DNA of 63,952 nucleotides, filler included, from a bacterium (GTDB lineage: Bacteria; UBP15; UBA6099; JAJRTR01): NCBI GenBank assembly GCA_024278215.1. It is 7 parts of 7 records of this genome, joined end to end, with 100 filler letters (N's around TTAATTAATTAA, not from the genome) between each part and the next. Parts side by side here need not be neighbours in the genome. Positions count along the whole stretch, not along the records: positions 24,042 to 45,229 come from JAJRTR010000084.1; 6 more parts are not named here. The stretch is one strand, 5' to 3'. Position 1 is the stretch's first letter, and each line of letters begins with the position of its first letter. Of this stretch, positions 30,572 through 41,002 are shown piece by piece. The translations under genes were made by a program, and so were the position numbers. The notes beneath the pieces were generated by a model that saw only the letters and a list, made by a program, of their open reading frames with translations, was not told the origin of the DNA and did not search any database.

Positions 30572-31531
30572 ATGGGAAAACACCTGCGGCTTGCAAGACT
30601 GATCGAGATGATGATCCTCATCAAGTACCATCCCGACTACGGCCCGAAAAAACTCGCGGAATATTTCGAGATTTCCGAAAAAAGACTGTACGACGATCTC
30701 AACGAACTCAATGCTGCTGGCATCCCGATTGTCTATAACGGAAAAGGCTATTCTTTCCTGAGCCGCTCGCCCATGCCGCCTGTCGAATTCTCTATCGACG
30801 AGACACTCGCCCTGTGGCTGCATGTCACCATGATGCGCAAACACAGGGAAGACATCTTCACGGGGCCGATCCGGAGCGCGGCGACAAAACTACTTGAGAT
30901 GCTGCCCGCGGACATCAGCAAGAAACTTTATATGCTCGAAGGCTCGTTCGCCGACGAATCGCCGCGCATGAATGACAATATGGATAAATTTCTGACCACG
31001 ATAAACCAATCCGTGATGGACAGGAAAACAATCGGGATAACATATTACACGTTCAGCAGGGACGAAACCACGGACAGGGAAGTTGATCCTTACGGCGTGA
31101 TCTTCAGGGGCAATTCGTGGTATATGATAGGCTACTGCCACAAGCGCGGCGAACCACGCACGTTCCGGATAAACCGGATAAAAAATATCGTAGTCACCTG
31201 CAAAGGTTTCGATTACCCGGCGGATTTCTCGATCAGCGATTATGTTTCGCAGAGCTGGTCGGTCTTCAGGGGCGAGGAAACGGATGTCGAGATCGAGTTT
31301 TCGGCGAAGCTGGCTCCGCTTATCGAGGAACACCAGTGGCGGCCCGGCCAGAGGATCGTAAAACACGCGACCGGCGGCATAACATTTTACGCGAGTATGC
31401 GCGGAACACTTGAGATTCGACGCTGGGTGATGAGCTGGGGAGAAGGCGTGCGGGTGATAAGGCCGGATTCGCTCCGCGAAGAGATTGCGGCGCACGCCGC
31501 CGCGCTCGTGGATGCTCATTCCGGCGAATAG
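30572..31531 (+). CDS. HTH-WYL-WCX transcriptional regulator (YafY/PafBC-like)
   Basis: LAEYFEISEKRLYDDLNEL HTH; REVDPYG...WYMIGYCHKRGEPRTFRINRI; WVMSWGEGVRVIRPDSLR. Confidence 0.93.
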   Translation: MGKHLRLARLIEMMILIKYHPDYGPKKLAEYFEISEKRLYDDLNELNAAGIPIVYNGKGYSFLSRSPMPPVEFSIDETLALWLHVTMMRKHREDIFTGPIRSAATKLLEMLPADISKKLYMLEGSFADESPRMNDNMDKFLTTINQSVMDRKTIGITYYTFSRDETTDREVDPYGVIFRGNSWYMIGYCHKRGEPRTFRINRIKNIVVTCKGFDYPADFSISDYVSQSWSVFRGEETDVEIEFSAKLAPLIEEHQWRPGQRIVKHATGGITFYASMRGTLEIRRWVMSWGEGVRVIRPDSLREEIAAHAAALVDAHSGE

Positions 31532-31577
31532 GCACCTTGAGGTCGCACCGACAGCACTATGTACAGGAGCATAACAA

Positions 31578-32858
31578 ATGAGATTCATCGTAAATAAATG
31601 CAGCGTCGAAGGCGGCGCGATAGATATCCCCGGCTCGAAATCGCATACGATACGGGCACTGTTTTTCGCGACGCTCGCCAACGGCGTCAGCGTGATCGAA
31701 AAACCGCTCGCCTCCGCCGATACCGCTTCGGCGATGTATGTGTGCAAAGCACTGGGCGCGCGAATCGAAGAGCACGGCGACCGCTGGGAAGTCGCGGGCA
31801 CAGGCGGCGACATACAATGTCCCGAAGACGTGCTCGACGTGGGCAATTCAGGCACGACGATGCGCCTGGCGCTCGGCGTGGCCGCACTTTGCGGTGGCGG
31901 CAGCATTACTCTCACAGGCGACGAACAGATACGGAAGCGGCCGGTCGCGAACCTTGTGAATGCACTGAATGATCTGGGCGCTGAAGTCTGTTGCGAAAGG
32001 GAGAATGGCTGCCCGCCGGTGACCGTCTCGAAACCGCTATCCGGCGGCAGTACCACACTTGCGGTGCCCACTTCGCAGTACCTGACGAGCCTGCTTATCT
32101 GCGCGCCGCTCGCGCCCGCGCCGGTGGAAATCACCGTGACGCAACTCAATGAAATACCTTATGTCGAGATGACGCTGTGGTGGCTTGACAAACTGGGCGT
32201 AAAGTACGAGCGGCGCGGCTTCGACTGGTTCAGGATCGAAGGCGGGCAGCACTACAGGCCGTTGAAACAGCGTATTCCGGCTGATTTCTCTTCAGCAACA
32301 TTTTTCGCGGTCGCGGCGGCTGTGTCGGGCATGCGGATCACACTTCGGGGACTCGATATGACGGATGTACAGGGCGACAAAGCTGTGCTGGATTACCTTG
32401 CCGCGATGGGCACGCGCGTCGAGACCGTGCAGGGCGGTGTGCGTGTCGAGGGCGGCCCACTGCGGGGCGGCACATTCGACCTGAACGCCACGCCCGACGC
32501 GCTGCCCGCGATGGCTGTCGCGGCGTGCTTCGCCGACGGCGAAACCCGGCTGGTGAATGTGCCGCAGGCGCGCATGAAGGAGACGGACCGCATAGCCGTG
32601 ATGACCGCCGAACTGCGAAAAATGGGCGCGCGCGTCGAGGAATTGCCCGATGGAATGATCATCAGGAAAAGCGATTTGAGAGGGGCGGTAGTCGATGGAC
32701 ACAGTGACCACCGTGTAGTCATGTCGCTGGCGGTGGCGGGTACGGAGGCGGAGGGCCGCACGATCATCGACACGGCGGAATCCGCTGCCGTCACCTTTCC
32801 GGGCTTCTTTGATCTGATGAAAACTATCGGCGCGGACATATCGAAAGCGGATTTCTGA
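31578..32858 (+). CDS. aroA: EPSP synthase
   Basis: PGSKSHTIR, VGNSGTTMR, TSQYLTSLL, RMKETDRI, HSDHRVVM. Confidence 0.95.
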   Translation: MRFIVNKCSVEGGAIDIPGSKSHTIRALFFATLANGVSVIEKPLASADTASAMYVCKALGARIEEHGDRWEVAGTGGDIQCPEDVLDVGNSGTTMRLALGVAALCGGGSITLTGDEQIRKRPVANLVNALNDLGAEVCCERENGCPPVTVSKPLSGGSTTLAVPTSQYLTSLLICAPLAPAPVEITVTQLNEIPYVEMTLWWLDKLGVKYERRGFDWFRIEGGQHYRPLKQRIPADFSSATFFAVAAAVSGMRITLRGLDMTDVQGDKAVLDYLAAMGTRVETVQGGVRVEGGPLRGGTFDLNATPDALPAMAVAACFADGETRLVNVPQARMKETDRIAVMTAELRKMGARVEELPDGMIIRKSDLRGAVVDGHSDHRVVMSLAVAGTEAEGRTIIDTAESAAVTFPGFFDLMKTIGADISKADF

Positions 32859-32865
32859 TTAGCCC

Positions 32866-32956
32866 CAATACCGTTTACTTAAGATGGTATGGGTATCAAT
32901 ATTCGCGAAAATACAGGCTTTTTTACGCATCATTGTTGCTAAAGTAAACGGTATTG
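32866..32956. mobile_element. MITE-like element family D
   Basis: Perfect 15-bp inverted repeat CAATACCGTTTACTT / AAGTAAACGGTATTG. Confidence 0.7.
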
Positions 32957-33122
32957 TGATTAGCTGGATTTCTCACAACGAAATCCGGAAAATCGCGAGA
33001 ATGTCCATTCTACTGCATTGTGTTTGTGACTTTTTCCTTTATTAATAGGCTTATTATGGTTTTCGTTCAGTCCCTATATAGGCATTCTCACGATTCCGTC
33101 CCGCATTGGTGAAATATGCGGG

Positions 33123-33240
33123 ATGAGCAAGGTGCGCGAGAGGTTCGGACTCGAATATGTTGTGTTTGTGGGCGACCGAGGCATGATCACGCAAGCACGC
33201 ATCGAAAAAGAATTTCGCGGCGTGGAGGGGCTGCGGTACT
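33123..33240 (+). pseudogene. IS1634-family transposase fragment
   Basis: KVRERFGLEYVVFVGDRGMITQARI motif; no flanking transposase sequence. Confidence 0.7.
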
Positions 33241-33444
33241 GCGAGCCCCGCAGATTCGCAACCTCGTGGGCAGCGGTGCCCTGCAACTTTCTTCGACACA
33301 ACAGACATGGCCGCCATCACATCATCCGATTTACCCGGCGAACAGCGACTATGATTCTATTACACATAAAAAAAATGCCATCCTGTACAGGATGGCAAGA
33401 AGGAAGAAAGAAAAGAAGCAAAACGAGCTAATTCACAATGTTTG

Positions 33445-34542
33445 TCAGTCCTGTCTTGCAGACCTGGGCCTGAAGAAGGAAGGTATGTCCGGATCATTAA
33501 CAGCAGCCTTTTTCTTCTGCTGTTCCTGAGGTTGAATGTTATATGTCTTTGTGCCGGTCTCGGCTTTTGGTATTGTACTCGTCGCGGCTTCACCGAAACC
33601 TGTCGCCAGTACGGTGACCCTGATCACTCCCTCTATTGTTTCATCGACGACAGAGCCGAAAATAATATTTGCGTTTTCGTGCGCTTCATTGGACACGATC
33701 TCCGCTGCCGCGTTGACTTCGTGCAGCGTCATGTCGCGACCGCCTGTGATATTCAGAAGTATACCCTGCGCACCTTTTATCGGCGTGTCCAGAAGAGGAC
33801 TGTTGATAGCGTTTTCGGCTGCTTCAATCGCCCTGTGCTCGCCTTTGCCTTCACCGATACCGATTAGGGCAGAACCTGCCCTGGTCATGATTGTTTTAAT
33901 GTCGGCGAAGTCGAGATTAATAAGGCCGTTAATTGTTATGAGGTCCGAGATTCCCTGCACGCCCTGCCTGAGAATTTCATCAGCCATCTTGAACGCATCC
34001 TTAAGGGCGAGTTTGGGATCGGCGACTTTGAGAAGCTGGTCGTTTGGAATCACAATCAGCGTATCTACCTTACCTTTGAGGACGGCTATGCCTTCCTCGG
34101 CGGTTGTTCTTCTGTGCTTACCCTCGAAGGAGAATGGCTTTGTGACCACGGCGACAGTAAGCGCCCCGAGTTCTCTTGCGACATCGGCGACGATAGGAGC
34201 AGACCCTGTGCCTGTGCCGCCGCCCATGCCGACAGTGATAAAAACCATGTCGGAGCCCTCGAGTGCCTGTTCGATCTCGTGCTGGCTCTCTTTAGCGGCG
34301 GAAAGACCTATGGAGGGATTCGCACCGGCACCGAGCCCGCCGGTAGTTTTCGGTCCGAGCTGAATCTTATGCCTCACCTTTGAGGAACACAGCGCCTGTG
34401 CATCTGTGTTAACAATGTAAAAATCAACTCCGCGAAGCCCCATATCTATCATTCTTGTGACAGCATTACCACCGCCGCCGCCTACACCCATGACCCTGAT
34501 TCTTACGAAGCGATCAATTTCCGGGTTTTGATTCGTTTCCAT
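33445..34542 (-). CDS. ftsZ: Cell division protein FtsZ
   Basis: [26 protein letters not shown] and C-terminal DIPSFFR; AGGAGG RBS. Confidence 0.98.
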   Translation of the reverse strand: METNQNPEIDRFVRIRVMGVGGGGGNAVTRMIDMGLRGVDFYIVNTDAQALCSSKVRHKIQLGPKTTGGLGAGANPSIGLSAAKESQHEIEQALEGSDMVFITVGMGGGTGTGSAPIVADVARELGALTVAVVTKPFSFEGKHRRTTAEEGIAVLKGKVDTLIVIPNDQLLKVADPKLALKDAFKMADEILRQGVQGISDLITINGLINLDFADIKTIMTRAGSALIGIGEGKGEHRAIEAAENAINSPLLDTPIKGAQGILLNITGGRDMTLHEVNAAAEIVSNEAHENANIIFGSVVDETIEGVIRVTVLATGFGEAATSTIPKAETGTKTYNIQPQEQQKKKAAVNDPDIPSFFRPRSARQD

Positions 34543-34865
34543 TCCCCCGCCTCCTAACAATTCACAATATTTCATATTTTAATATATAATACATGCTTTA
34601 TGATTATTTATGTTCTGTAATTCGCTTAAATCGCATACAACTTTGTTAGAAATTAATTGTATAATCATATACAATTTCCTGTTTTCTGCCTTTCATGATA
34701 CATGGTGTCATGATGTTGACGAAACACAGATAGATTTTCAGTAGATCATCCCTTTCAAGGTTTCTTAGCTTACTTAAGTCTTAGTGCAATTCTGTAAACA
34801 ACTCTATTTTTAGTGAACATATTTCTTGACAAAATATTATATATTCAGCAGTTCAATCTTTTTGT

Positions 34866-35366
34866 TTATTCACCGCCTGCTGAAAAATTATCCGCAAGCA
34901 GCGTTTTTATTCTATGAAAATCTTTCTGATCCTGAGCAATCTTCTGCTGTGTTACGGAGAGCACCTTTGTAGACATGTCGTACTGAAGTTTTGTCAGGTA
35001 ATATATGTTGTCGAGAAGTTCCTCCAGCTTTTTTATCTGTTTTTCAAAAGAGTCCGACTTAGCAATAAGGCTCCTCAAGGCTTCTTCGACATCGAGCGGC
35101 TCCCTGTAATCTATATCGACCTCATAGATTTTAGCCAGTTCCTTGCGAATCTGGTCATTGTCATACTTGTATTCTGTTCTAAACCTCCTGATTGTCTTAA
35201 AGACATCTATTGATGTTTTGCTATACCTTTCGAGCCTTCCTTTCCCTTTACTTTTCAGGAATTCCTTAAAATTATCTCTGTAATTTCTGAGTGTTCCATC
35301 AGGAATTCCCATTCCTTCACTGTCAAGAAGTTCCCGAATTTCTTTTAGCGAATAAAGCTTTTCCAT
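34866..35366 (-). CDS. MerR-like HTH plus coiled-coil protein
   Basis: YSLKEI...GIPDGTLRNYRDNFKEFL...RYS; heptad-rich C-half. Confidence 0.7.
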   Translation of the reverse strand: MEKLYSLKEIRELLDSEGMGIPDGTLRNYRDNFKEFLKSKGKGRLERYSKTSIDVFKTIRRFRTEYKYDNDQIRKELAKIYEVDIDYREPLDVEEALRSLIAKSDSFEKQIKKLEELLDNIYYLTKLQYDMSTKVLSVTQQKIAQDQKDFHRIKTLLADNFSAGGE

Positions 35367-35384
35367 TAAGAGAAATCACAATTT

Positions 35385-35621
35385 CTAATTATTGTTTTGA
35401 GTTTCCCCTTCATTTTTCGAATCGAGATTGAGGGTTAACTGGTGAATTTTATCGTGATATTCCTTTACGCGCGCAACATCTTCATCTAACCATACTCTCC
35501 AATTACGCCCGTCCCTGTGTTTCACATCGTCGATTTTTTTCTGTTTAATCCAACGCAGAAGAGTAGATTTATCAACTCCTACAGTGACAGCTACCTGTTT
35601 GGTGGTGTACTTATTGTGCAT
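35385..35621 (-). CDS. Small MerR/Xis-like HTH protein
   Basis: YTTKQVAVTVGVDKSTLLRWIKQKKI...RDGRNWRVW. Confidence 0.8.
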   Translation of the reverse strand: MHNKYTTKQVAVTVGVDKSTLLRWIKQKKIDDVKHRDGRNWRVWLDEDVARVKEYHDKIHQLTLNLDSKNEGETQNNN

Positions 35622-35738
35622 GAGTGAATGTAACCACTATTACCTATAGTTAATAGCAATAGTATTCTGTTTATAAAGTTTTGTCAACACCTTTTCAAAT
35701 GTTTTTATTTATTAGTTATTGTTGGTTATTATTCTTAT

Positions 35739-35918
35739 GAGCCAATTGCAAAATTCTGATTCTGCTGTGGTCGGCTGCTATTGTCCATAGCTGCGTTGTC
35801 GGCGCGAAATCGTCCTCGACGTACTCTACAAAAGTACGCCTGCGAGGATTTTACACCTCCGCCTTACTCTGAACAATTTCGCTCGACCTCGCTATGAACA
35901 TAATTTTGCAATTGGCTC
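35739..35918 (+). mobile_element. MITE family A, full length
   Basis: 17-bp TIRs GAGCCAATTGCAAAATT; TSD TTAT. Confidence 0.93.
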
Positions 35919-36556
35919 TTATAACGCTCTGTCTCAATCAATTGTTGTTACTGCTGCAAATGGGGTAGCAATAGCCTTGAGATTAAAAGTATTGATTTAA
36001 TTACCATTTAACTATGAAAGATATTGAAATCCATATCAAGTATAGTTAAGTATACTTGAAAAATCAATGGTTTTAGATAATTATTGAGCTTTTGTGTATT
36101 TTTTATCAAGAAGAAGTCGTCATATCCTGAAAGCCGCGCCCGCGATGCCTGTTGCCTGGATTCCCGGTTGTGCAGGCACGGGATGATGGATTTATGCGAA
36201 TTGCAATGTGCCTGACAGCTCCATGTCGATCGCGTGAAACAGGGGGTACGGCAGAGTTGCTTAATATGTGCTATAACTGTAATGAACGGGTGAATGAAAG
36301 ACGCTAAAACATTCTGGATGATATGAATTCATGCTATGTTTGCTAATGTGTGTATTTGTTTCAATGTATTCATAATCTTGACGAAATGGCGGCACAGGGT
36401 AGAATATGGATATAATATGGAATCGCAAAACAGATTGTTTGCCGACGCTTATTTGTATTATTGAAAGATGAGGTGCATCACGTCGTTCAGTATGGCAATA
36501 GCTCAAGTGATGGAAGGCAATAAAAGACCGTGATCTTCGCAACAGCATCTTAAAAA

Positions 36557-36835
36557 ATGGAGAAAAACATGTATCTTGAAGATGTGATCGGGAGCAAAAC
36601 AAAGGTCAGAATACTCTATACGTTATTTTCGAATGAGAACAGGGCGTTTTTTGAGAAAGAGCTTGCAATAACATGCGGTTCTTCTATTTCCGAGGTCAAC
36701 AGGCAGATAGTGTCGCTTGTGGAATTCGGGTTGATTCATCATTACCGGGAAGGCCGCCTGAAGTTTTACAGGATAAATCCCGCACATTTTCTTTATAAGC
36801 CTTTGAAGGATTTATTTCTGGTGTCACTTGACTGA
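36557..36835 (+). CDS. Small winged-HTH protein
   Basis: GSKTKVRIL...ELAITCGSSISEVNRQIVSLVEFGLI...YRIN. Confidence 0.75.
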   Translation: MEKNMYLEDVIGSKTKVRILYTLFSNENRAFFEKELAITCGSSISEVNRQIVSLVEFGLIHHYREGRLKFYRINPAHFLYKPLKDLFLVSLD

Positions 36836-37011
36836 GCCAATTGCAAAATTATGATTCTGCTGCGGTCGGCTGCTATAGTCCATAACTGCGTTGTTGGTAT
36901 AGAATCGTCCTCGACGTACTCTACAAGTACGCCTGCGAGGATTTTACACCTCCGCCTTGCTCTGAACAATTTCGCTCGACCTCGCTACGAGCATAATTTT
37001 GCAATTGGCTC
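36834..37011 (+). mobile_element. MITE family A, full length
   Basis: TIRs intact; TSD GACT; overlaps the upstream gene's TGA. Confidence 0.93.
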
Positions 37012-37226
37012 GACTGAGATTTCATAAATTTCGTAGTTCCTCGAAATGTTGTTGCAGCACAAGACTACTGTTTACAGCCAATCCTCAAAGATGTTGAGCA
37101 CCCGGCCATATATAATTGACATTGATGTGTTAAAAAAATAGAATATCGAAGTGTTGGTCCGCATATTTCGCCGTTGCAGGCAAAAAAGCGAGCGGAAGAG
37201 CTCATGATCCTGGTGGTCCTAAGAGA

Positions 37227-38075
37227 TTGTTTATTCCTGTTGACGACAATATAGTAGCCGGCTGGGACGTGATAGGCAGAGCGGTCGAGGAGAAAGACGG
37301 GAAGCTGATAAGGGAAAAGGTTCGAGAGATAGAGGTGTGTGGAGCGAGTGCGCTGAATGTGAGCGGCGCAATGAGTGACGGAGACGAGTTTGAGGCGCTT
37401 TGCCGGCTTTTATCGAATATATGTGAGGTGAGCGAACTTCCGGTGTCGCTGGATTCCGCCGAGCCGGGGATACTGGAAGCTGCGACGGAACATTACCTTG
37501 AGAAGAGCGGAAAAAACATACCGGAGACGACAGTTGGCGACGGGGTTCCGTGGCTTATATACAATTCGATAACTGCTGAGAAACGTAAGTACGATGGTGT
37601 GTTGCCGTTGATTCACAAGTATAGAGCGTCGGTGATAGCGCTTACGCTTGATGGTGGAGGGATGCCGGTTGGAGCGCAAAAGCGTGTGGAAATTGCGATG
37701 GAACTTGTGGGCAGGCTGAGGGAAGACGGGATAGGAGAGGAGCGGATATTTGTTGATCCGCTGGTGATGCCGACGGCGGTCGACACGAGACATGGAGTTT
37801 CGATAATCGAAGCAGTCCGAAAGATAAGGGAAACATATAGAGGAATACATATAACGTGCGGATTATCCAACGTATCGCACGGGTTGCCGTCGCGGCGGAT
37901 ATTGAACAGGACGTTCCTGGCGATGCTGGCGGCGGTGGGGCTTGATTCGGCGATACTTGATACGACGGATAAACTGCTGATGGGAACGATAGCAGCGGCG
38001 CAGGCGCTTGCGGGAAACGATCCGTATTGCGCTGAATATATCGCCGCATACCGCAGCGGGAAGTTTGACTTCTAG
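37227..38075 (+). CDS. acsE: Methyltetrahydrofolate:corrinoid methyltransferase (AcsE / pterin-binding family)
   Basis: PVSLDS, YNSIT, IFVDPLV, CGLSNVSHGLPSRRILNRTFL, GLDSAILD, DPYCAEYIAAYR. Confidence 0.75.
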   Translation: MFIPVDDNIVAGWDVIGRAVEEKDGKLIREKVREIEVCGASALNVSGAMSDGDEFEALCRLLSNICEVSELPVSLDSAEPGILEAATEHYLEKSGKNIPETTVGDGVPWLIYNSITAEKRKYDGVLPLIHKYRASVIALTLDGGGMPVGAQKRVEIAMELVGRLREDGIGEERIFVDPLVMPTAVDTRHGVSIIEAVRKIRETYRGIHITCGLSNVSHGLPSRRILNRTFLAMLAAVGLDSAILDTTDKLLMGTIAAAQALAGNDPYCAEYIAAYRSGKFDF

Positions 38076-40554
38076 AAGAATAGCATTCACATTATTGTGG
38101 CTGGTGCTGTATATCGGCGTATGCTATGGTTTGAGCCTGAGCGGATTTTTTGTGTTCTGGCAGGCGGCCATACTCATGCTGCCTTTCGCGGTGCTCGCTG
38201 TGGGGCTTTCGTGGACAGGTTCCAGACCTGATTTCAGTCTCCCGCCGCCCGGTGTGTCCGAACCCATAGAAGATATTGCGAACCCATCGAGAAAAGTTAT
38301 CTGGCTCAACGGTCTCTGGGAATTCTGCACGGCAAAAGATAATCGTATGCACAGGATAGAGATACCCCGACCGTGGAACACGATCAAAGGGTTGGAGTAT
38401 TATGCGGGCGAGGGACGCTACAGGCGTCTTTTTTCGGTGCCGGAAGGCTGGAACCGGGGCTGTATATTTCTTAATTTTCGTGGAGTCAATTACCGCGCGG
38501 TTGTCTCGATAGACGGTCGGCAGGTCGGCGCTCACGAAGGCGGCTTCACTCCTTTCAGCATCGATATTACAGACCGTATCCCCGACAGCCGCGAGCGGGA
38601 AATCGAAGTTATTGTCGATAATTCATTTACCGAATCGACAGTCCCTAATGTGGCCGGGTGGAACAATGACGGCGGCATACTACGAGAAGTCTATCTCGAG
38701 ACCCGCAACGAGGTACACATTGAAGATACCTACATCTATTCGCGGCCCGACCTGAAGGGGCGGGCGGAAGTTGCGCTGATAATAAAAATCCACAACCCGG
38801 AGTTGAAAGCCAGGGATTACAGGATCGAAATTGTGTCGCCCCAGGGCGCGGTGGTCCATACGCACAGGATAGAAGGCTGGACGATGCAGACGCTGCAGCA
38901 CCGGTTGCAGTTGAACTTCGCTTCGCTGTGGAGCCCGGACTCGCCGCTGCTGTACAGTTGCCGGATATCCGTCGAAGAAGAAAACGGGGACATATACGAG
39001 CAGAGTTTCGGAATCCGCACGCTTGAATTTGCAGAGAAGGGGCTCGAGCTCAATGGGAATCCGATCAGAATTCGTGGAACAAACCGGATAGAGGAATCGC
39101 CGTTGCTGGGAAGAACACAATCCCTGGAGTTGATAAAGAGAGACATCGAAAAGATAAAGGAGGCGGGTTTCAACACAGTGCGTCTGGGAGCGTTCGCGGT
39201 GCATCCGAAAACACTGGAGTTGTGCGACCGAATGGGACTGCTTGTGCTGGAGGAACTACCGGCGTGGCACACGCTTGTGCTAGACCTTGGCGACCCCGGC
39301 TATCAGCAGGCGGCCGAGACGCAGCTGCGGGAGATGATCACGCGCGACAGGAACCACGCATGTATCGCGATGTGGGGTCTGGGCAACAGCATGGAGGGCG
39401 GAGCGAGCGAGACGAGATGGTTTGTGGAAAGGTTGTCGGGGCTGGCGCGAGGGCTTGACGACAGGCTTGTGTATGTTGCCACGTATGATTATCGCAACGC
39501 GCACTATGAAGACCTTGTCGACTGCCTTGTGGTGAATATGTCGGGCAGTTCGGTCGAGGAGTTGAAAAAAGAAGTCGATGCGGCAGGTTTTGATTCGTCG
39601 ACCCTGCTGTGGCACAAGGGAGTGGCAGCGCACCGGCCAAAGGGTTTGCGGTATCCGTCTGTGTCCGGCTCGCAGGAGCAGCAGGCGGCGTTTGTTCAGG
39701 ATTTTGTCGATGCGTTTGATGACAACGAGCAAATATCGGGCTGGTTGCAGGGTTACCTCAGCGACTACAGGGACCCCGGCAACTTCGCCGGTGCCACGCC
39801 GTTCGTAGCGCACACCGGCTTCATGCGCCGCGACCGCAGCGAAAAGCTGGCATATCGCGTAATAAAGAAAAGGCTCACCGAGGGGATCAGAACAGAGATC
39901 CCAATCCGCGACAGGTTTGTGCCGATCACGTCATTCTCAAAAGCGCTCGCGATAATTTTTTCTATTGTTGTGATTTTCTTTTTTCTGTCGAATCCGGCTC
40001 TTTTCTCGAAGCTGGCATATAACCCGCCGGGTTTCACAGCGGTATTTCCGGCCGCGTGGCGGGTGCTGCTTGTCGTCACGCTTCTGTCTTCCATTTCAAT
40101 CGCCGTAATAATAAACCGTTATTTCCAGAGTGTGCCTTCGCGCGTGTACGGATCAATCGACATGTCGTTTTTTATCCTCATTTCCATCGTTTTCAGGAAT
40201 GAATTCACTCTTTTTCTCTGCACATACTTCGCTATCATCCATCTGTGGATATTCGCAACGACACTGACAGCTTTTGTCTTACCCGACACCAGCTTCATCG
40301 AGTTGATGAACCTCACGGCGGCAATGTCTCTGCCCGAACTGCTGTTTGTAATATCCGCTTTCCTGCGAGTTCCGTTCAGGTACATAACAATCCCGTTCAA
40401 TATATGGAAAATGACACTTGCCTACATAGCGCTGGGGCCTGTCGGAGCGCTGGTATATATTTTAGTTGCACCGTTTATCTTCATTGCCGCGCCGCTTACC
40501 GCCTTCGAGATGAAGTTCCACATCCTCCGCTATCTGCGCCGTCATATCAAGTGA
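38065..40554 (+). CDS. Membrane-anchored GH2-fold protein, catalytic Glu apparently absent
   Basis: LNGLWEF, HEGGFTPF, LWSPDSPLLY, FGIRT, RDRNHACIAMWGLGNS; 2 N-terminal and several C-terminal TM segments; TTG start inferred. Confidence 0.8.
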   Translation: MTSRRIAFTLLWLVLYIGVCYGLSLSGFFVFWQAAILMLPFAVLAVGLSWTGSRPDFSLPPPGVSEPIEDIANPSRKVIWLNGLWEFCTAKDNRMHRIEIPRPWNTIKGLEYYAGEGRYRRLFSVPEGWNRGCIFLNFRGVNYRAVVSIDGRQVGAHEGGFTPFSIDITDRIPDSREREIEVIVDNSFTESTVPNVAGWNNDGGILREVYLETRNEVHIEDTYIYSRPDLKGRAEVALIIKIHNPELKARDYRIEIVSPQGAVVHTHRIEGWTMQTLQHRLQLNFASLWSPDSPLLYSCRISVEEENGDIYEQSFGIRTLEFAEKGLELNGNPIRIRGTNRIEESPLLGRTQSLELIKRDIEKIKEAGFNTVRLGAFAVHPKTLELCDRMGLLVLEELPAWHTLVLDLGDPGYQQAAETQLREMITRDRNHACIAMWGLGNSMEGGASETRWFVERLSGLARGLDDRLVYVATYDYRNAHYEDLVDCLVVNMSGSSVEELKKEVDAAGFDSSTLLWHKGVAAHRPKGLRYPSVSGSQEQQAAFVQDFVDAFDDNEQISGWLQGYLSDYRDPGNFAGATPFVAHTGFMRRDRSEKLAYRVIKKRLTEGIRTEIPIRDRFVPITSFSKALAIIFSIVVIFFFLSNPALFSKLAYNPPGFTAVFPAAWRVLLVVTLLSSISIAVIINRYFQSVPSRVYGSIDMSFFILISIVFRNEFTLFLCTYFAIIHLWIFATTLTAFVLPDTSFIELMNLTAAMSLPELLFVISAFLRVPFRYITIPFNIWKMTLAYIALGPVGALVYILVAPFIFIAAPLTAFEMKFHILRYLRRHIK

Positions 40555-40784
40555 TCGGACCGCGACTTATGCGATTTGAAGTTTTCATAAAAGTTATATC
40601 CGACAGACGACCGGATGTTATCCCGGATTGGTGAAATATGCGGGTTATACGGGCAATCGCTTGATTGCGAAAAAGGGACACGGCAAAATGGTTGGACAAA
40701 TATTACATTCTGCTCTGTTTATTAAATGCGATTGATTTAATAGAACTTTGCTCCTATTATTGGAGTTAAACATTTCATTTAAAG

Positions 40785-40960
40785 GAGCCAATTGCAAATT
40801 ATGTTCGTAGCGAGGTCGAGCGAAATTGTTCAGAGCAAGGCGGAGGCATAAAATCCTCGCAGGCGTACTTGTAGAGTACGTCGAGATGATTTTGTGCCGA
40901 CAACGCGGCAATGGACAATAGCAGCCGACCGCAGCAGAATCAGAATTTTGCAATTGGTTC
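40785..40960 (-). mobile_element. MITE family A, full length
   Basis: TIRs present; flanks AAAG/AAGG. Confidence 0.9.
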
Positions 40961-41002
40961 AAGGGATTAAGACATATTTACATAAACAGAGGTGCCGCAG
41001 GG

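Noticed and set aside
34560-36550. AT-rich region as possible oriC
   Set aside because: No cluster of TTATCCACA DnaA boxes seen, and no dnaA or gidA context.
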